Assembly (NCBI GenBank): GCA_030650425.1
Contig: JAUSED010000003.1
Location: forward strand, 199,903-263,902
Direction: 5' to 3'
DNA length: 64,000 nucleotides
Source: Candidatus Omnitrophota bacterium
GTDB taxonomy: Bacteria > Omnitrophota > Gorgyraeia > Gygaellales > Profunditerraquicolaceae
Shown here: positions 54,099 to 64,000 of the stretch, in pieces
How positions within the stretch are numbered: the stretch's first letter is position 1
Layout of the letters: the number at the start of each line of letters is the position of its first letter
Position numbers and translations under genes: made by a program
Notes under the pieces: generated by a model
Seen by the model: only the letters and a program-made list of their open reading frames with translations
The model's database searches: none
What the model was told of the DNA's origin: nothing

Positions 54099-54968
54099 AT
54101 GACTTTTAAAGAAAAATTACAAGCTGGGAAGTTTATGCTGACCTCGGAGATCGGGCCGCCGAAGGGGATTGATATCAAGCAGCTTTTGGAAGACGCGGAA
54201 TTAATCCGCACTCGCGTTGACGCGATCAATGTGACGGACTTACAGAGTTCGGTGATGCGGCTTGGGTCGCTAGCAGTTTGTTCTCTGCTTAAGCAGCACG
54301 GATTTGAGCCGATCTATCAGTTAACCTGCCGCGACAGAAACCGCTTGGCCTTGCAATCAGATATTTTATCCGCTGCTGCCTTAGGTATTGAAAATCTCCT
54401 GCTGTTGACCGGCGATCATCCTGCCTTAGGAGACCACCCCGAAGCGAAACCCGTCTTTGATCTGGATTCAGTACAATTATTACAGGTGGTCAAAAAACTT
54501 CAAGAAGGCGCTGATATGAAAGGGAATAAATTAAGTGGTGAGCCGCCGAAATTCTGTATGGGCGCGGTGGTTAATCCCGGTGCAGACCCTTTAGAGCCGC
54601 AGATTATGAAGATGGAGAAGAAAATCGCTGCCGGCGCGGAATTTTTCCAGACGCAGGCAGTTTACGAGGTTAAGGTATTCGAGAATTTCCTGAATAAAAC
54701 CAAACATTTAAAAACTAAAATTATGGCGGGAATCGTTTTATTGAAATCAGCGGGAATGGCCCGCTATATGAATAAAAATGTGGCGGGGGTTTTTGTTCCG
54801 GATAACCTGATCAAAGAAATGGAAGAAACCAAAGATAAAGTAGCTCAGTCTGTTGAGATTGCCAGCCGTTTAATTAAAGAGTTAAAGCCGATGTGCGACG
54901 GAATCCATATTATGCCCATTGGCTGGGATACCAAAGTGCCGTTAGTTTTGGATGCCGCAGGATTATAG
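54099..54968 (+). CDS. metF: Methylenetetrahydrofolate reductase
   Basis: TCRDRNRLALQS, LTGD and GAEFFQTQ motifs. Confidence 0.93.
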   Translation: MTFKEKLQAGKFMLTSEIGPPKGIDIKQLLEDAELIRTRVDAINVTDLQSSVMRLGSLAVCSLLKQHGFEPIYQLTCRDRNRLALQSDILSAAALGIENLLLLTGDHPALGDHPEAKPVFDLDSVQLLQVVKKLQEGADMKGNKLSGEPPKFCMGAVVNPGADPLEPQIMKMEKKIAAGAEFFQTQAVYEVKVFENFLNKTKHLKTKIMAGIVLLKSAGMARYMNKNVAGVFVPDNLIKEMEETKDKVAQSVEIASRLIKELKPMCDGIHIMPIGWDTKVPLVLDAAGL

Positions 54969-54981
54969 TGGAGGAAGTAAA

Positions 54982-56916
54982 ATGTCAAAGATTGAAGAGA
55001 AATCCATAGACTTAGCCACGCAGGAAGCTTTACAAAAGGCTCAAGATGAAAATATTAAAACTACTTGGGATAGGTTGGATTGTCAGCAGCCGCAGTGCGG
55101 GTTTGGGCAGTTGGGTTCCTGTTGTACCGTTTGTAATATGGGGCCTTGCCGGATAGACCCATTTGGAGAGGGTGCGCAAGTGGGAGTCTGCGGAGCTAAT
55201 GTTGATACGATTGCGGCGAGGAACTTAGCCAGAAAAGTTGCTGTTGGCGCATCAGCCCATTCTGATCATGGAAGGGATGTAGCGCATACCTTAGCTTTAT
55301 TGGCGCAAGAAGGCGAACATAAACATGCCTCCGGCACGCATACGCATAATTATACAATTGTGGATACAGAAAAGTTTCATAAGCTGGCTAAGGAATTCGG
55401 TATCAATCCTGAGAACAAAAGTAAAGAGGAGATCGCTAAGGAGCTCTCCAAAAAGTTGCTGGAAGAATTTGGCAAGCAGGAAGGAGAGCTTGCTTTTTGC
55501 CAGCGTGCCCCTCAAAAACGCCAACAGTTATGGAGAAAATTAGGGCTTACCCCGCGCGGCATCGACCGGGAGGTAGTGGAATTATTGCATACCACGACTA
55601 TGGGCGTGGATAATGATTACAAAAATATTTTGAATACAGCGATGCGCTGCGCGCTTTCCGACGGGTGGGGCGGTTCGATGATTGCCACAGAGGTGCAGGA
55701 TATAATCTTGGGCAGCCCTCAGCCGATAAGGGGCAAAGTAAACCTAGGCGTATTAAAAGAAAATTATGTGAATATTGTGGTGCATGGCCATGAGCCGGTT
55801 TTATCCGAGATGGCGGTAAAGGCGGCTAATGATCCGGAGTTAGTGAAATTAGCCAAAAGTTATGGCGCCGAGGGGATAAACTTAGTGGGTATATGCTGTA
55901 CCGCTAATGAAGTGCTTATGCGCCATGGGGTCCCGGTTGCGGGAAATTTCTTACAGCAGGAATTGGCTATTGTTACCGGCGCCGTCGAAGTAATGCTGGT
56001 AGATGTGCAGTGTATTATGCCGGCTTTGCATGAAGTATCGAATTGTTTTCACACCAAGCTGATTACTACCAGCTCCAAGGCGCGTTTTCCCGGGGTAATG
56101 CACATTGATTTCACTATCGATAATGCCTATGAAACAGCCAAAGCGATTATCAAAGCAGGCGTAGAAAATTTTCCTAACCGGGATAAGCAAAGGGTAAGTA
56201 TCCCGAAACACGAGATGGATTTAGTGGCGGGTTTTACCAAAGAGGTGGTTTTTAATATTCTAGGCGGGCAGTACCGCTCTACTTACCAGCCTTTAAATGA
56301 CGCGATTGTTTCCGGCAGGTTAAGAGGCCTGGCAGGCGTCGTAGGCTGTAACAATCCCAAGCAGACCCATGATTTATTTCACACTGTTTTAGTCAAAGAA
56401 TTAATTAAAAACGATGTTTTGGTTCTACAGACCGGATGCTCGGCGATTGCCTGCGCAAAACAGGGACTATTAATTCCTGAAGCGGCAAAGCTTTACGCGG
56501 GAAAAGGACTGCAAGAAATTTGCGAGGCAGTAGGCATCCCGCCGGTTTTACATTTAGGCGCCTGCGTGGATAATTCACGCATCTTAACTGCTGCTTCACA
56601 CGTTATCGCGCAGGGCGGTTTAGGGGAAGATCTATCGGATATTCCGGCAGCAGGCTGCGCCCCGGAATGGATGTCTGAAAAAGCTATTACCATCGGGTTA
56701 TATTTTGTCGCCTCCGGAGTTTATACTATTTTCGGCGCTTCTCCCTTTGCGGTTTTAGGAAGTAAAAACCTGACTAATTATTTAACTAATGAAATAGAAG
56801 GTGTGGTTGGCGGCTGTTTTGCCTTCTCTGATGATCCGCTAGAGATGGCTCGGTTAATGATTGCGCATATCGATAAGAAACGCCAAGCGTTAAAGTTGAA
56901 ACCGGCGATGTACTAA
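54982..56916 (+). CDS. cooS: Anaerobic [NiFe] carbon monoxide dehydrogenase catalytic subunit
   Basis: CGFG..G.CC..CNMGPC, HSDHGR, HGHEP, GICCTANE, GCNN and GACVDN motifs; ATG 54982 follows a GGAGG SD. Confidence 0.96.
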   Translation: MSKIEEKSIDLATQEALQKAQDENIKTTWDRLDCQQPQCGFGQLGSCCTVCNMGPCRIDPFGEGAQVGVCGANVDTIAARNLARKVAVGASAHSDHGRDVAHTLALLAQEGEHKHASGTHTHNYTIVDTEKFHKLAKEFGINPENKSKEEIAKELSKKLLEEFGKQEGELAFCQRAPQKRQQLWRKLGLTPRGIDREVVELLHTTTMGVDNDYKNILNTAMRCALSDGWGGSMIATEVQDIILGSPQPIRGKVNLGVLKENYVNIVVHGHEPVLSEMAVKAANDPELVKLAKSYGAEGINLVGICCTANEVLMRHGVPVAGNFLQQELAIVTGAVEVMLVDVQCIMPALHEVSNCFHTKLITTSSKARFPGVMHIDFTIDNAYETAKAIIKAGVENFPNRDKQRVSIPKHEMDLVAGFTKEVVFNILGGQYRSTYQPLNDAIVSGRLRGLAGVVGCNNPKQTHDLFHTVLVKELIKNDVLVLQTGCSAIACAKQGLLIPEAAKLYAGKGLQEICEAVGIPPVLHLGACVDNSRILTAASHVIAQGGLGEDLSDIPAAGCAPEWMSEKAITIGLYFVASGVYTIFGASPFAVLGSKNLTNYLTNEIEGVVGGCFAFSDDPLEMARLMIAHIDKKRQALKLKPAMY

Positions 56917-56921
56917 TAGTA

Positions 56922-57359
56922 ATGAAAAGTTTATCTTACGACGTCAAAAAGTGCTTAGGTTGTAAATCCTGTGAGATTGCTTGCGGACTTGCGCATTCAC
57001 TGACGCAGGATTTGTTCAAGGCAGTTAAAGAAGAGAAATTGTCTCTTCCGCGTAAAAATGTTTACGCGGTAAAAGGGAAAAATTTTCCTTTATCCTGCCG
57101 CCACTGTGATGACGCCAAATGCGTAACTGCCTGTATGTCAGGATGTTTGGTTTATGATCAAGATAAAGGTATGGTTATGCATGATGAGAGCCGTTGCGTG
57201 GGCTGCTGGATGTGCGTAATGGTTTGTCCTTATGGGGCAATCAGGCCGGATCTAAAAACTAAGATTCCGCTGCGCTGCGATAAATGTAAAGATAAAGATG
57301 AACCGGCCTGTGTTAAGGCCTGCCCTACCGGCGCGATTATTTGGAAGGAAACCCTATGA
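56922..57359 (+). CDS. CooF-like 4Fe-4S dicluster protein
   Basis: Four Cys clusters: CLGCKSC, CRHC, CVGCWMC and CDKC..CP. Confidence 0.9.
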   Translation: MKSLSYDVKKCLGCKSCEIACGLAHSLTQDLFKAVKEEKLSLPRKNVYAVKGKNFPLSCRHCDDAKCVTACMSGCLVYDQDKGMVMHDESRCVGCWMCVMVCPYGAIRPDLKTKIPLRCDKCKDKDEPACVKACPTGAIIWKETL

Positions 57360-58594
57360 AACAATTCGTGATTATCGGTAACTCGGCAGCGGGGATTGCG
57401 GCAGTGGAGGCGATCCGTTCTAAGGATAAAACCGCCAAGATAACCATCATTTCTAATGAAGAGTATCCGGTTTATTGCCGCTGTATGATCTCATATTATT
57501 TGGCAGGGGAAGTGAAAGAGGAGAAGCTCTTTTACCGGCCGAAGGATTTCTACCAAAAAAATAATTTAGAACTTATTCTCAATAAAAAAGTCAGCCGGGT
57601 TGATCCTAAAAAGAACAGAGTAGTCTGCGAAGACAAGACGCAAGTAGGTTACGATGCTTTGTTTATTGCTACGGGTGCCCGTCCCAGATTTCCTGCTATT
57701 CCAGGGATCAAGAAAAAAGGGATATTTGGCCTGCGTACGTTAAAAGATGCTAAAGAGATCAGTAGTTTAATCCCAGTAACTAAAAGTATCTCTGTTCTGG
57801 GCGGCGGCCTGATTGGATTGAAAGCGGCCTATGCTTTAAGAAAAAGAGGGATAGAGGTTAAGGTAGTGGTTAAGTCTAAGCAAATATTGTCCCAGATGTT
57901 AGATAACCCTGCCGCTGCTTTTTTGCAAAAACGCCTGGAGGATAATGGTATTGAGCTGCTTTTAGGACAGGATGTAACCGAGATTATCGGTGAAGGCGAT
58001 ATCCAAGCGGTCAAGCTTGGTTCCGGAAAGGTCTTTGGCTGTTCGATGGTGGTAGTGGGAAAAGGGGTTGAGCCGAATATCGATTTGGTGAAAGAAGCCG
58101 GGATAGATTGTAAGGATGGGATTATCGTGAATAATCTACTGCAGACAAATATCCCGAATGTTTACGCCGGAGGGGATGTCTGCGCGTCGTCCCACGCCCT
58201 TTGGCCGATTGCTGTTGAGCAGGGGAGGTTGGCAGGTTTAAATATGGCAGGAGAAAAGATTATTTATGACGGGTCTTTAGGGATGAACTCTATTGAGTTC
58301 TTCGGCCTGCCGGTTATTTCTTTAGGCATCTATAAAACTAAAGAAGGTGACGCGGCTTATGAGGAATTAAAAGTTTGCGACCCGAAAGAAAATACCTACA
58401 AGAAGTTAGTCTTAAAAGGCAATATTTTGGTCGGCGTAATATTAGCCGGTAAAATCAAGAATAGCGGAGTGTTCTTAAGGTTAATCCGCGAAAAAATAGA
58501 TTTATCATCCATCAAAGATAGGTTATTAGCGGATGATTTCGGTTGCCCTGATATTTTAGATCTAGTCAAGGATAAGGAGAAGGTATATGTCTAA
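57356..58594 (+). CDS. FAD/NAD(P)-dependent oxidoreductase (NirB-N/FNOR-like)
   Basis: GNSAAG, ATGA, GGGLIG and YAGGD motifs; follows cooS-cooF. Confidence 0.88.
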   Translation: MKQFVIIGNSAAGIAAVEAIRSKDKTAKITIISNEEYPVYCRCMISYYLAGEVKEEKLFYRPKDFYQKNNLELILNKKVSRVDPKKNRVVCEDKTQVGYDALFIATGARPRFPAIPGIKKKGIFGLRTLKDAKEISSLIPVTKSISVLGGGLIGLKAAYALRKRGIEVKVVVKSKQILSQMLDNPAAAFLQKRLEDNGIELLLGQDVTEIIGEGDIQAVKLGSGKVFGCSMVVVGKGVEPNIDLVKEAGIDCKDGIIVNNLLQTNIPNVYAGGDVCASSHALWPIAVEQGRLAGLNMAGEKIIYDGSLGMNSIEFFGLPVISLGIYKTKEGDAAYEELKVCDPKENTYKKLVLKGNILVGVILAGKIKNSGVFLRLIREKIDLSSIKDRLLADDFGCPDILDLVKDKEKVYV

Positions 58595-60767
58595 GATTGT
58601 CGCTACTTCGGTTATTCGCGGAGCAAAGCAGATTTTTAAAGAGGCGGAGACTTTTTTAAATAAGGCAATTAAAGAAAAAGGCCCGGAGCAAAAAATATCC
58701 TTTCCGGAGACTGCCTTTTATCTGCCAATGGCCAATGCTTTATTAGGGGTTAAGGTGGAAACTTTAAAAGAGGCATTGCCGATTTTGGAACACGCGAAAT
58801 CTTTACTGCCGCTTGATCCTTCGGAAAAAGTCTGGCTTCCTTATTTGGGCGACGCCTTAAATGCCGGAATGTCCACTTTATTTTGTGAAGAAATCATCAT
58901 GGCCCTGCGTTATTTATACGCTCAGGAGCCGCAAAAAGATTGCATTGGTTTTTTTAGCGATACAATTATGCGTTCTTTAGGTATACAGTTGGTAGACGGC
59001 CGGATGGCGGGTTTCGCGGCGATCCTCGGAGCCGCGCCGGATAATAAAATCGCGGTGGAGATTGTGCGTGGATTTCAACAGCGGAATATTTTGGTTTTTG
59101 TCGGTTCATCCTCTAACGGCCGCTCGATTATCGACCAGTTGATTGAGGAGAATGTGCAGATGGGCTGGGATAATTATATCGTGCCTTATGGCCGCGATAC
59201 GCTTTCAGGAATCTATCCGCTTAACTGGGCGATTCGTTCGGCACTAACCTTTGGCGGAATTAAACCGGGTCAGGCAGAAAAGTGTCTTTTATATACTAAA
59301 GAGCGTGTTTTTGCTTTTGGCTTAACCTTAGGGCCATTGGATGATTTGAAATACGCTACAGGCGCTGGAGCGATCAATATGGGTTTTCCGATTATCGCCG
59401 ATACAGATATCCCGGAAATAAAGCCTTCGGGTATTACCACTTATGAAGCATTGGTCAAGGAGTTAGATTATAAAAAGATTGTTCAGCGCTGTATTGAAGT
59501 CAGGGGAGTAAAGGTTAAAGTTGCTTCAGTAGCCATACCTGTTGCTTACGCGGCGGCCTTCGAAGGAGAGCGGGTGAGGAAAGAACAGTTGCATGTGGAA
59601 TTCGGAGGTAAGGCCAGCGCTGCCTTTGAATTCTTAAGTACGAATAAAGAAAATGAAGTTGAGGACGGCAAGGTAGAGATCATCGGCCCGGATGTTGACG
59701 CGCTCCCCGCGGGGGCTAAATCACTTCCTTTAGCGATTATCGTCGATGTTTACGGCCGCAAGATGCAAAGAGATTTTGAGCCAATTTTAGAAAGGCAGGT
59801 TCACCGCTTTGTTAATTACGCCATGGGCCTGATGCATGTGGGCCAGCGCGATATGAATTGGATCAGGATCAGTAAAGACGCTTTTGCCAAAGGTTTTCGC
59901 CTGAAGCATATCGGTGTGATCTTGCACGCGATGCTGCATCAGGAGTATAGCGCGATTGTGGATAAAATTCAGGTTAAGCTTTACACTAAAGCGGAAGATG
60001 TGGATAAATTGCTGGGAGCGGCAAAAAAAGTTTTTGATGAACGGGACAGCCGGATAGCCGGGATGACCGATGAAAGCATCGACACCTATTATTCCTGTTT
60101 ATTGTGCCAGTCTTTTGCGCCTAACCATGTCTGTGTGGTTACGCCCGAGCGCTTAGGCCTTTGCGGCGCCTATTCTTGGTTAGATGCCAAGGCTTCTTTT
60201 GAAATTACGCCTACAGGCCCGAATCAGCCTATCCCAAAAGGAGCGACGCTTGATGCAAAGTTAGGGCAATGGGAGAATGTCAATGAATTTGTGCGCCAGA
60301 AATCCAATAAGAGTATCGATAAGGTAAGTATGTATTCTTTGATGGATTCCCCTCAAAGTTCCTGTGGCTGCTTCGAGTGTATTTTAGCGATTATCCCTGA
60401 GGTAAACGGCGTGATGATCGTGCATCGAGATTTTTCCGGGATGACTCCTTGCGGGATGAGTTTTACTACTTTAGCCGGTTCAGTTGGCGGAGGAGTGCAG
60501 ACTCCAGGATTCCTTGGCGTAGGCAAGCTCTACATCATCAGTAAAAAGTTTATTTCTGCCGAAGGGGGCTTAAAGCGCTTGGTCTGGATGCCTAAAGAAT
60601 TGAAGGAGTTGTTAGGGGATAAATTAAAGAAGCGCTGCGAAGAAATAGGCGAGCCGGATTTATTGGAAAGAATCGCGGATGAAACAGTAGCTACAACTAC
60701 GGATGAGCTATCAGCTTATCTGGAAAAGGTTAAGCATCCGGTTGCCTCGCTTGAACCTTTGATGTAA
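58587..60767 (+). CDS. acsB: Acetyl-CoA synthase (ACS), bacterial type
   Basis: FPETAFYLP, CLLCQSFAP, GLCGA and SCGCFE A-cluster ligands. Confidence 0.96.
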   Translation: MSKIVATSVIRGAKQIFKEAETFLNKAIKEKGPEQKISFPETAFYLPMANALLGVKVETLKEALPILEHAKSLLPLDPSEKVWLPYLGDALNAGMSTLFCEEIIMALRYLYAQEPQKDCIGFFSDTIMRSLGIQLVDGRMAGFAAILGAAPDNKIAVEIVRGFQQRNILVFVGSSSNGRSIIDQLIEENVQMGWDNYIVPYGRDTLSGIYPLNWAIRSALTFGGIKPGQAEKCLLYTKERVFAFGLTLGPLDDLKYATGAGAINMGFPIIADTDIPEIKPSGITTYEALVKELDYKKIVQRCIEVRGVKVKVASVAIPVAYAAAFEGERVRKEQLHVEFGGKASAAFEFLSTNKENEVEDGKVEIIGPDVDALPAGAKSLPLAIIVDVYGRKMQRDFEPILERQVHRFVNYAMGLMHVGQRDMNWIRISKDAFAKGFRLKHIGVILHAMLHQEYSAIVDKIQVKLYTKAEDVDKLLGAAKKVFDERDSRIAGMTDESIDTYYSCLLCQSFAPNHVCVVTPERLGLCGAYSWLDAKASFEITPTGPNQPIPKGATLDAKLGQWENVNEFVRQKSNKSIDKVSMYSLMDSPQSSCGCFECILAIIPEVNGVMIVHRDFSGMTPCGMSFTTLAGSVGGGVQTPGFLGVGKLYIISKKFISAEGGLKRLVWMPKELKELLGDKLKKRCEEIGEPDLLERIADETVATTTDELSAYLEKVKHPVASLEPLM

Positions 60768-60779
60768 TTAAAAATTTCC

Positions 60780-60807
60780 TTGACGCGCTGTATTTAGTGT
60801 ATATAAT
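60780..60807 (+). promoter_or_regulatory. Sigma70-type promoter
   Basis: TTGACG-N16-TATAAT upstream of the TPR gene and polA. Confidence 0.6.
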
Positions 60808-60819
60808 AACACTTGGTAC

Positions 60820-61416
60820 ATGCCAATCAAAATCCTCAAAGAAAATTTGAAAAAAATAACCCTCATAGTTAATTGTTTTTTATGCGTGTTTACTTCTTAT
60901 CTCTTTGCCGCGGATAAAGTTGGCAAGGCTAAAGAGGGTGAGTTAACCAGCCTGCAGGAGCAAGCAAGGCTCTATCGCGTTGAGGGCGTTAAGTTTCAGG
61001 ATGCCGGAGATTTGGATTCCGCTTTGACGCTATACCAAAAGGCAGTAGAGCTGGATCCGGTGTATGCGGTTGTTTGCAACGATTTAGGGATAATCTATGA
61101 AGCCCAAGGCCAGCTTGACCGGGCAGAAGATAGCTATCTTCAGGCTTTAAAGATAGATCCCCGCTTTTTAGGCGTCTACACGAACCTGGCTTTTTTATAT
61201 GAAGACAAGCGCGATTTGGATAAAGCTGTTTATTATTGGAAAAAAAGAGCAGAACTAGGAGATCCTGACGACCCTTGGACGATGAGGGCCGAACAGCGGC
61301 TTAAAGATGTGCGCCTTGTTTTATCTCAAAATCCTATGACGGATGTCCGCGAGAAAAAAGTTAATGATTTGGCTAGAGAGGTTGGTAATCACCTTGCTAG
61401 AGAAAAGGCCAAATAA
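60820..61416 (+). CDS. Exported tetratricopeptide repeat protein
   Basis: Signal-like N-terminus and three TPR units (YQKAVELDP, YLQALKIDP). Confidence 0.85.
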   Translation: MPIKILKENLKKITLIVNCFLCVFTSYLFAADKVGKAKEGELTSLQEQARLYRVEGVKFQDAGDLDSALTLYQKAVELDPVYAVVCNDLGIIYEAQGQLDRAEDSYLQALKIDPRFLGVYTNLAFLYEDKRDLDKAVYYWKKRAELGDPDDPWTMRAEQRLKDVRLVLSQNPMTDVREKKVNDLAREVGNHLAREKAK

Positions 61417-61473
61417 TAAACCACAATAGAATCCCCTGCCAAAATTGAATCCGAATTATTCTACTGACAGTAA

Positions 61474-64000
61474 ATGGATAAAAAAAGGTTATATCTGATC
61501 GACGCGACAGCTTTTTGCTATCGGGCATTTTATGCTGTTAGAGGCCTAGCCACATCTTTTGGCCAGCCCACAGGAGCTATCTACGGGTTTATCAATATCT
61601 TAAATAAGATATTGAAGGAAAAGAAACCTGATTATCTGGCTGCTTGTTTTGATGTCTCGCGGGATACCTTTCGGATGAAAAAATTCGCGGAATATAAAAT
61701 TCAGCGTCCGCCTATGCCTGACGATCTCTCATCGCAAATTCCTTTGATCAAGGAGATCATCTCAAATTACGGGATTAAGATTTTAGAAAAGGCCGGTTTT
61801 GAAGCGGATGATGTCATCGCTACTTTAGCTAAAAGCGCGCTTGCTCAAGGCCTGCATACGGTTGTGGTTACTTCTGACAAGGATTTGTTGCAATTGGTGA
61901 ATAAAGATACGCAGATTTTTAGCCCTTATAAAGATGAGGGAGTGACTTATGACGAAAAAATTGTAGGCGAGCGTTTTGGGATCGGCCCCAAGCAGATCGC
62001 CGACCTGATCAGCCTGATGGGCGATAGCGTGGATAATATTCCCGGAATTCCCGGAATCGGCGAGAAAACCGCTTCGAGTTTGATTAAGGAATTCGGTTCG
62101 TTGGATAATTTATTGGCTCATACCGATAAAATCAGTAAAGATAAACTAAGGCAGTCTGTGCAAGAGAATATTAAGCAGATAAAATTGAATAAAGAATTGG
62201 CAGAACTGTGCGAGGATGTTGATTTAGGGGGGGTTACGCCGGAAGATCTAAAGATAGGAGAACCTAACCTTAAGGAGCTTAGCCGGTTATTCAAACATCT
62301 GGAATTTAAGAAATTCTTGAAAGAAATTACTTTAGAGGGTGATGCGCATGTGGATTCGGCGGTAGAGGATTGGGGGCAAAAGGTTTTAGAGAAGTTTATT
62401 CAGGCTAAGCAAGAATTATTTCTGAGCGGGGAAGGGACGGATAACTTAATCTTTTCTTGCGATGGAAAATTCTTACGTTTGGATAAGAGTGATCCCGAAT
62501 TAAAGAAGATTTTAGCTGATCCGAAAATAAAAAAAGTTAGCCACGACCTTAAGAAAATAAAAGTCGCTTTGGCTAAGGAAGGTTTTATTTTGGAAGGTTT
62601 ATATTTCGATACGATGATTGCCGCTTACCTATTGAATCCATCTCAAAGTAATTATGGTTTGGAGGCTATTGCCTTAGATCATTTGGATAAGTTCTCGTCC
62701 CGGGAAAAACTGATTTCTGCCCAAGAGGCCTTAAACCTGATCAAAGATTTAAAGCCAAAATTAGAGGATGAGCTTAAGGATAAAAAACTGGATAAGCTTT
62801 TCTATGATACTGAAATGCCGCTGGTAGAGGTTTTGGCGGGGATGGAAAGCTTGGGGATAAAACTTGACTTGAAACTCTTAGAGTCGCTTTCCAAAGAATT
62901 AGAAAAAAAGTTGGCTAAGCTGACCAAGGATATTTATGCAACCAGCGGCGCTGAATTTAATATCAATTCACCCAAGCAGTTAAGGGTAGTTTTGTTCGAC
63001 CAGCTCAAGCTCCCGGTAATTAAGAAGACAAAGACCGGGCCATCGACGGATGAAGATGTCTTAAAGAAATTAGCGGATAAACATAAACTTCCCGCCCTAT
63101 TGCTTGAATACCGCCTGCTTAATAAGTTAAAGACTACTTATATTGATGTCCTGCCTGAATTGGCAGACCCTGCAACCGGGAGGATCCATACTTCTTTTAA
63201 TCAGACAGGCACGGAGACCGGGCGTTTAAGCTCGAGTAACCCCAATCTGCAGAACATACCGATTAAGACCGGTATAGGCGCTGAGATTCGTAAGGCGATC
63301 ATAGCAGGAGGAAAAGAAAATTATCTTATTTCCTGCGATTATTCGCAGGTAGATTTGAGAATATTGGCGCATCTAAGCCAAGACGAACAGTTGATCCACG
63401 CTTTTAAGAAAGGAATGGATATCCATAAAGCCACCGCTGCTCTAATTTATGGAGTAAAAGAAAGTGAAGTCGACGATCAGATGCGTGACAGGGCAAAGAG
63501 GGTAAATTTTGGGATCGTCTATGGCCTTACTGCTTATGGGCTTTCTAGGGACTTGGGGGTAGCTTTGGATGAAGCGCAAAGTTTTATCGACGCTTATTTC
63601 TCCCGTTATCCGGGAGTAAAGGAATATATCGATAAACAAATCAAGCTTTGTCAAAAAGAAGGTTTTGTCACGACCATCTTGGCCAGAAGGAGATATATCC
63701 CAGAGATTAATAGTAAGAATCAGGCGATCAGGCAGTTTGCCGAGAGGCAGGCAGTGAATACTCCTATTCAAGGCTCAGCCTCGGATTTAATTAAGCTGGC
63801 GATGATTGACATCGATAGGGAGATTAAGAAAAAAGGACTGAAATCGAGGATGGTTTTACAGATTCACGACGAACTCTTGTTCGATTTACCTAAGGGTGAA
63901 TTGCATGCCTTGGTGAATCTGGCGCGGGAGAGGATGGAGAATGTTCTAAAGCTGGATGTGCCGATTAGGGTGGATATCAAAAAGGGCCATAACTGGCTGG
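61474..64000 (+). CDS. polA: DNA polymerase I (runs past the window end; absent from the ORF track)
   Basis: MDKKRLYLID..YRAFY, EADDVIA, GDSVDNIPG, TGRLSSSNPNLQNIP, DYSQ and QIHDEL motifs. Confidence 0.97.
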   Translation, partial: MDKKRLYLIDATAFCYRAFYAVRGLATSFGQPTGAIYGFINILNKILKEKKPDYLAACFDVSRDTFRMKKFAEYKIQRPPMPDDLSSQIPLIKEIISNYGIKILEKAGFEADDVIATLAKSALAQGLHTVVVTSDKDLLQLVNKDTQIFSPYKDEGVTYDEKIVGERFGIGPKQIADLISLMGDSVDNIPGIPGIGEKTASSLIKEFGSLDNLLAHTDKISKDKLRQSVQENIKQIKLNKELAELCEDVDLGGVTPEDLKIGEPNLKELSRLFKHLEFKKFLKEITLEGDAHVDSAVEDWGQKVLEKFIQAKQELFLSGEGTDNLIFSCDGKFLRLDKSDPELKKILADPKIKKVSHDLKKIKVALAKEGFILEGLYFDTMIAAYLLNPSQSNYGLEAIALDHLDKFSSREKLISAQEALNLIKDLKPKLEDELKDKKLDKLFYDTEMPLVEVLAGMESLGIKLDLKLLESLSKELEKKLAKLTKDIYATSGAEFNINSPKQLRVVLFDQLKLPVIKKTKTGPSTDEDVLKKLADKHKLPALLLEYRLLNKLKTTYIDVLPELADPATGRIHTSFNQTGTETGRLSSSNPNLQNIPIKTGIGAEIRKAIIAGGKENYLISCDYSQVDLRILAHLSQDEQLIHAFKKGMDIHKATAALIYGVKESEVDDQMRDRAKRVNFGIVYGLTAYGLSRDLGVALDEAQSFIDAYFSRYPGVKEYIDKQIKLCQKEGFVTTILARRRYIPEINSKNQAIRQFAERQAVNTPIQGSASDLIKLAMIDIDREIKKKGLKSRMVLQIHDELLFDLPKGELHALVNLARERMENVLKLDVPIRVDIKKGHNWL

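Noticed and set aside
61417-61473. Possible C-terminal gene remnant (TIESPAKIESELFY*) after the TPR gene
   Set aside because: Too short to support without homologues.
63442-63771. 109-aa minus-strand ORF
   Set aside because: It is antisense to polA, which the track missed because it has no stop in the window.

Overview
Bacterial chromosomal window, most likely from an anaerobic diderm such as Candidatus Omnitrophota (inferred from gene content and order, not verified). Almost all genes lie on the + strand. In order it holds: (1) an LPS/Kdo/Lpt cluster with several unusual fusions (lpxK end, LpxL-ELM1, GT4-GT9, GT9-GT9, rfaE1, kdsBADC, LptC-LptA, lptB); (2) tig-clpP, serine genes, a probable Re-citrate synthase, purA, OmpA/MotB and DUF4912-GH57; (3) uppS-cdsA-dxr-rseP-ispG-proS-rimP-nusA-infB-trpS-scpA-ruvB-queH-SpoIID-queA; (4) an accessory island of about 5.9 kb between queA and tgt; (5) tgt-trmD-rplS-rnhB-yraN, a partial Wood-Ljungdahl cluster (cyclohydrolase, folD, metF, cooS, cooF-like, oxidoreductase, acsB), a TPR gene and the start of polA. 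The island carries the most interesting signals. A complete group II intron sits inside a GGGGACA palindromic repeat, and its predicted EBS1 is complementary to that repeat. A ladder of truncated copies of the repeat end lies directly upstream of the intron. An ORF6N pseudogene has its signature motif encoded by 27-bp DNA palindromes that also occur as free copies nearby. The first codons of tgt are duplicated around two inserted genes. Heptamer repeats have also been absorbed in frame into housekeeping genes. All calls come from reading the sequence and recalling motifs; no searches were run.
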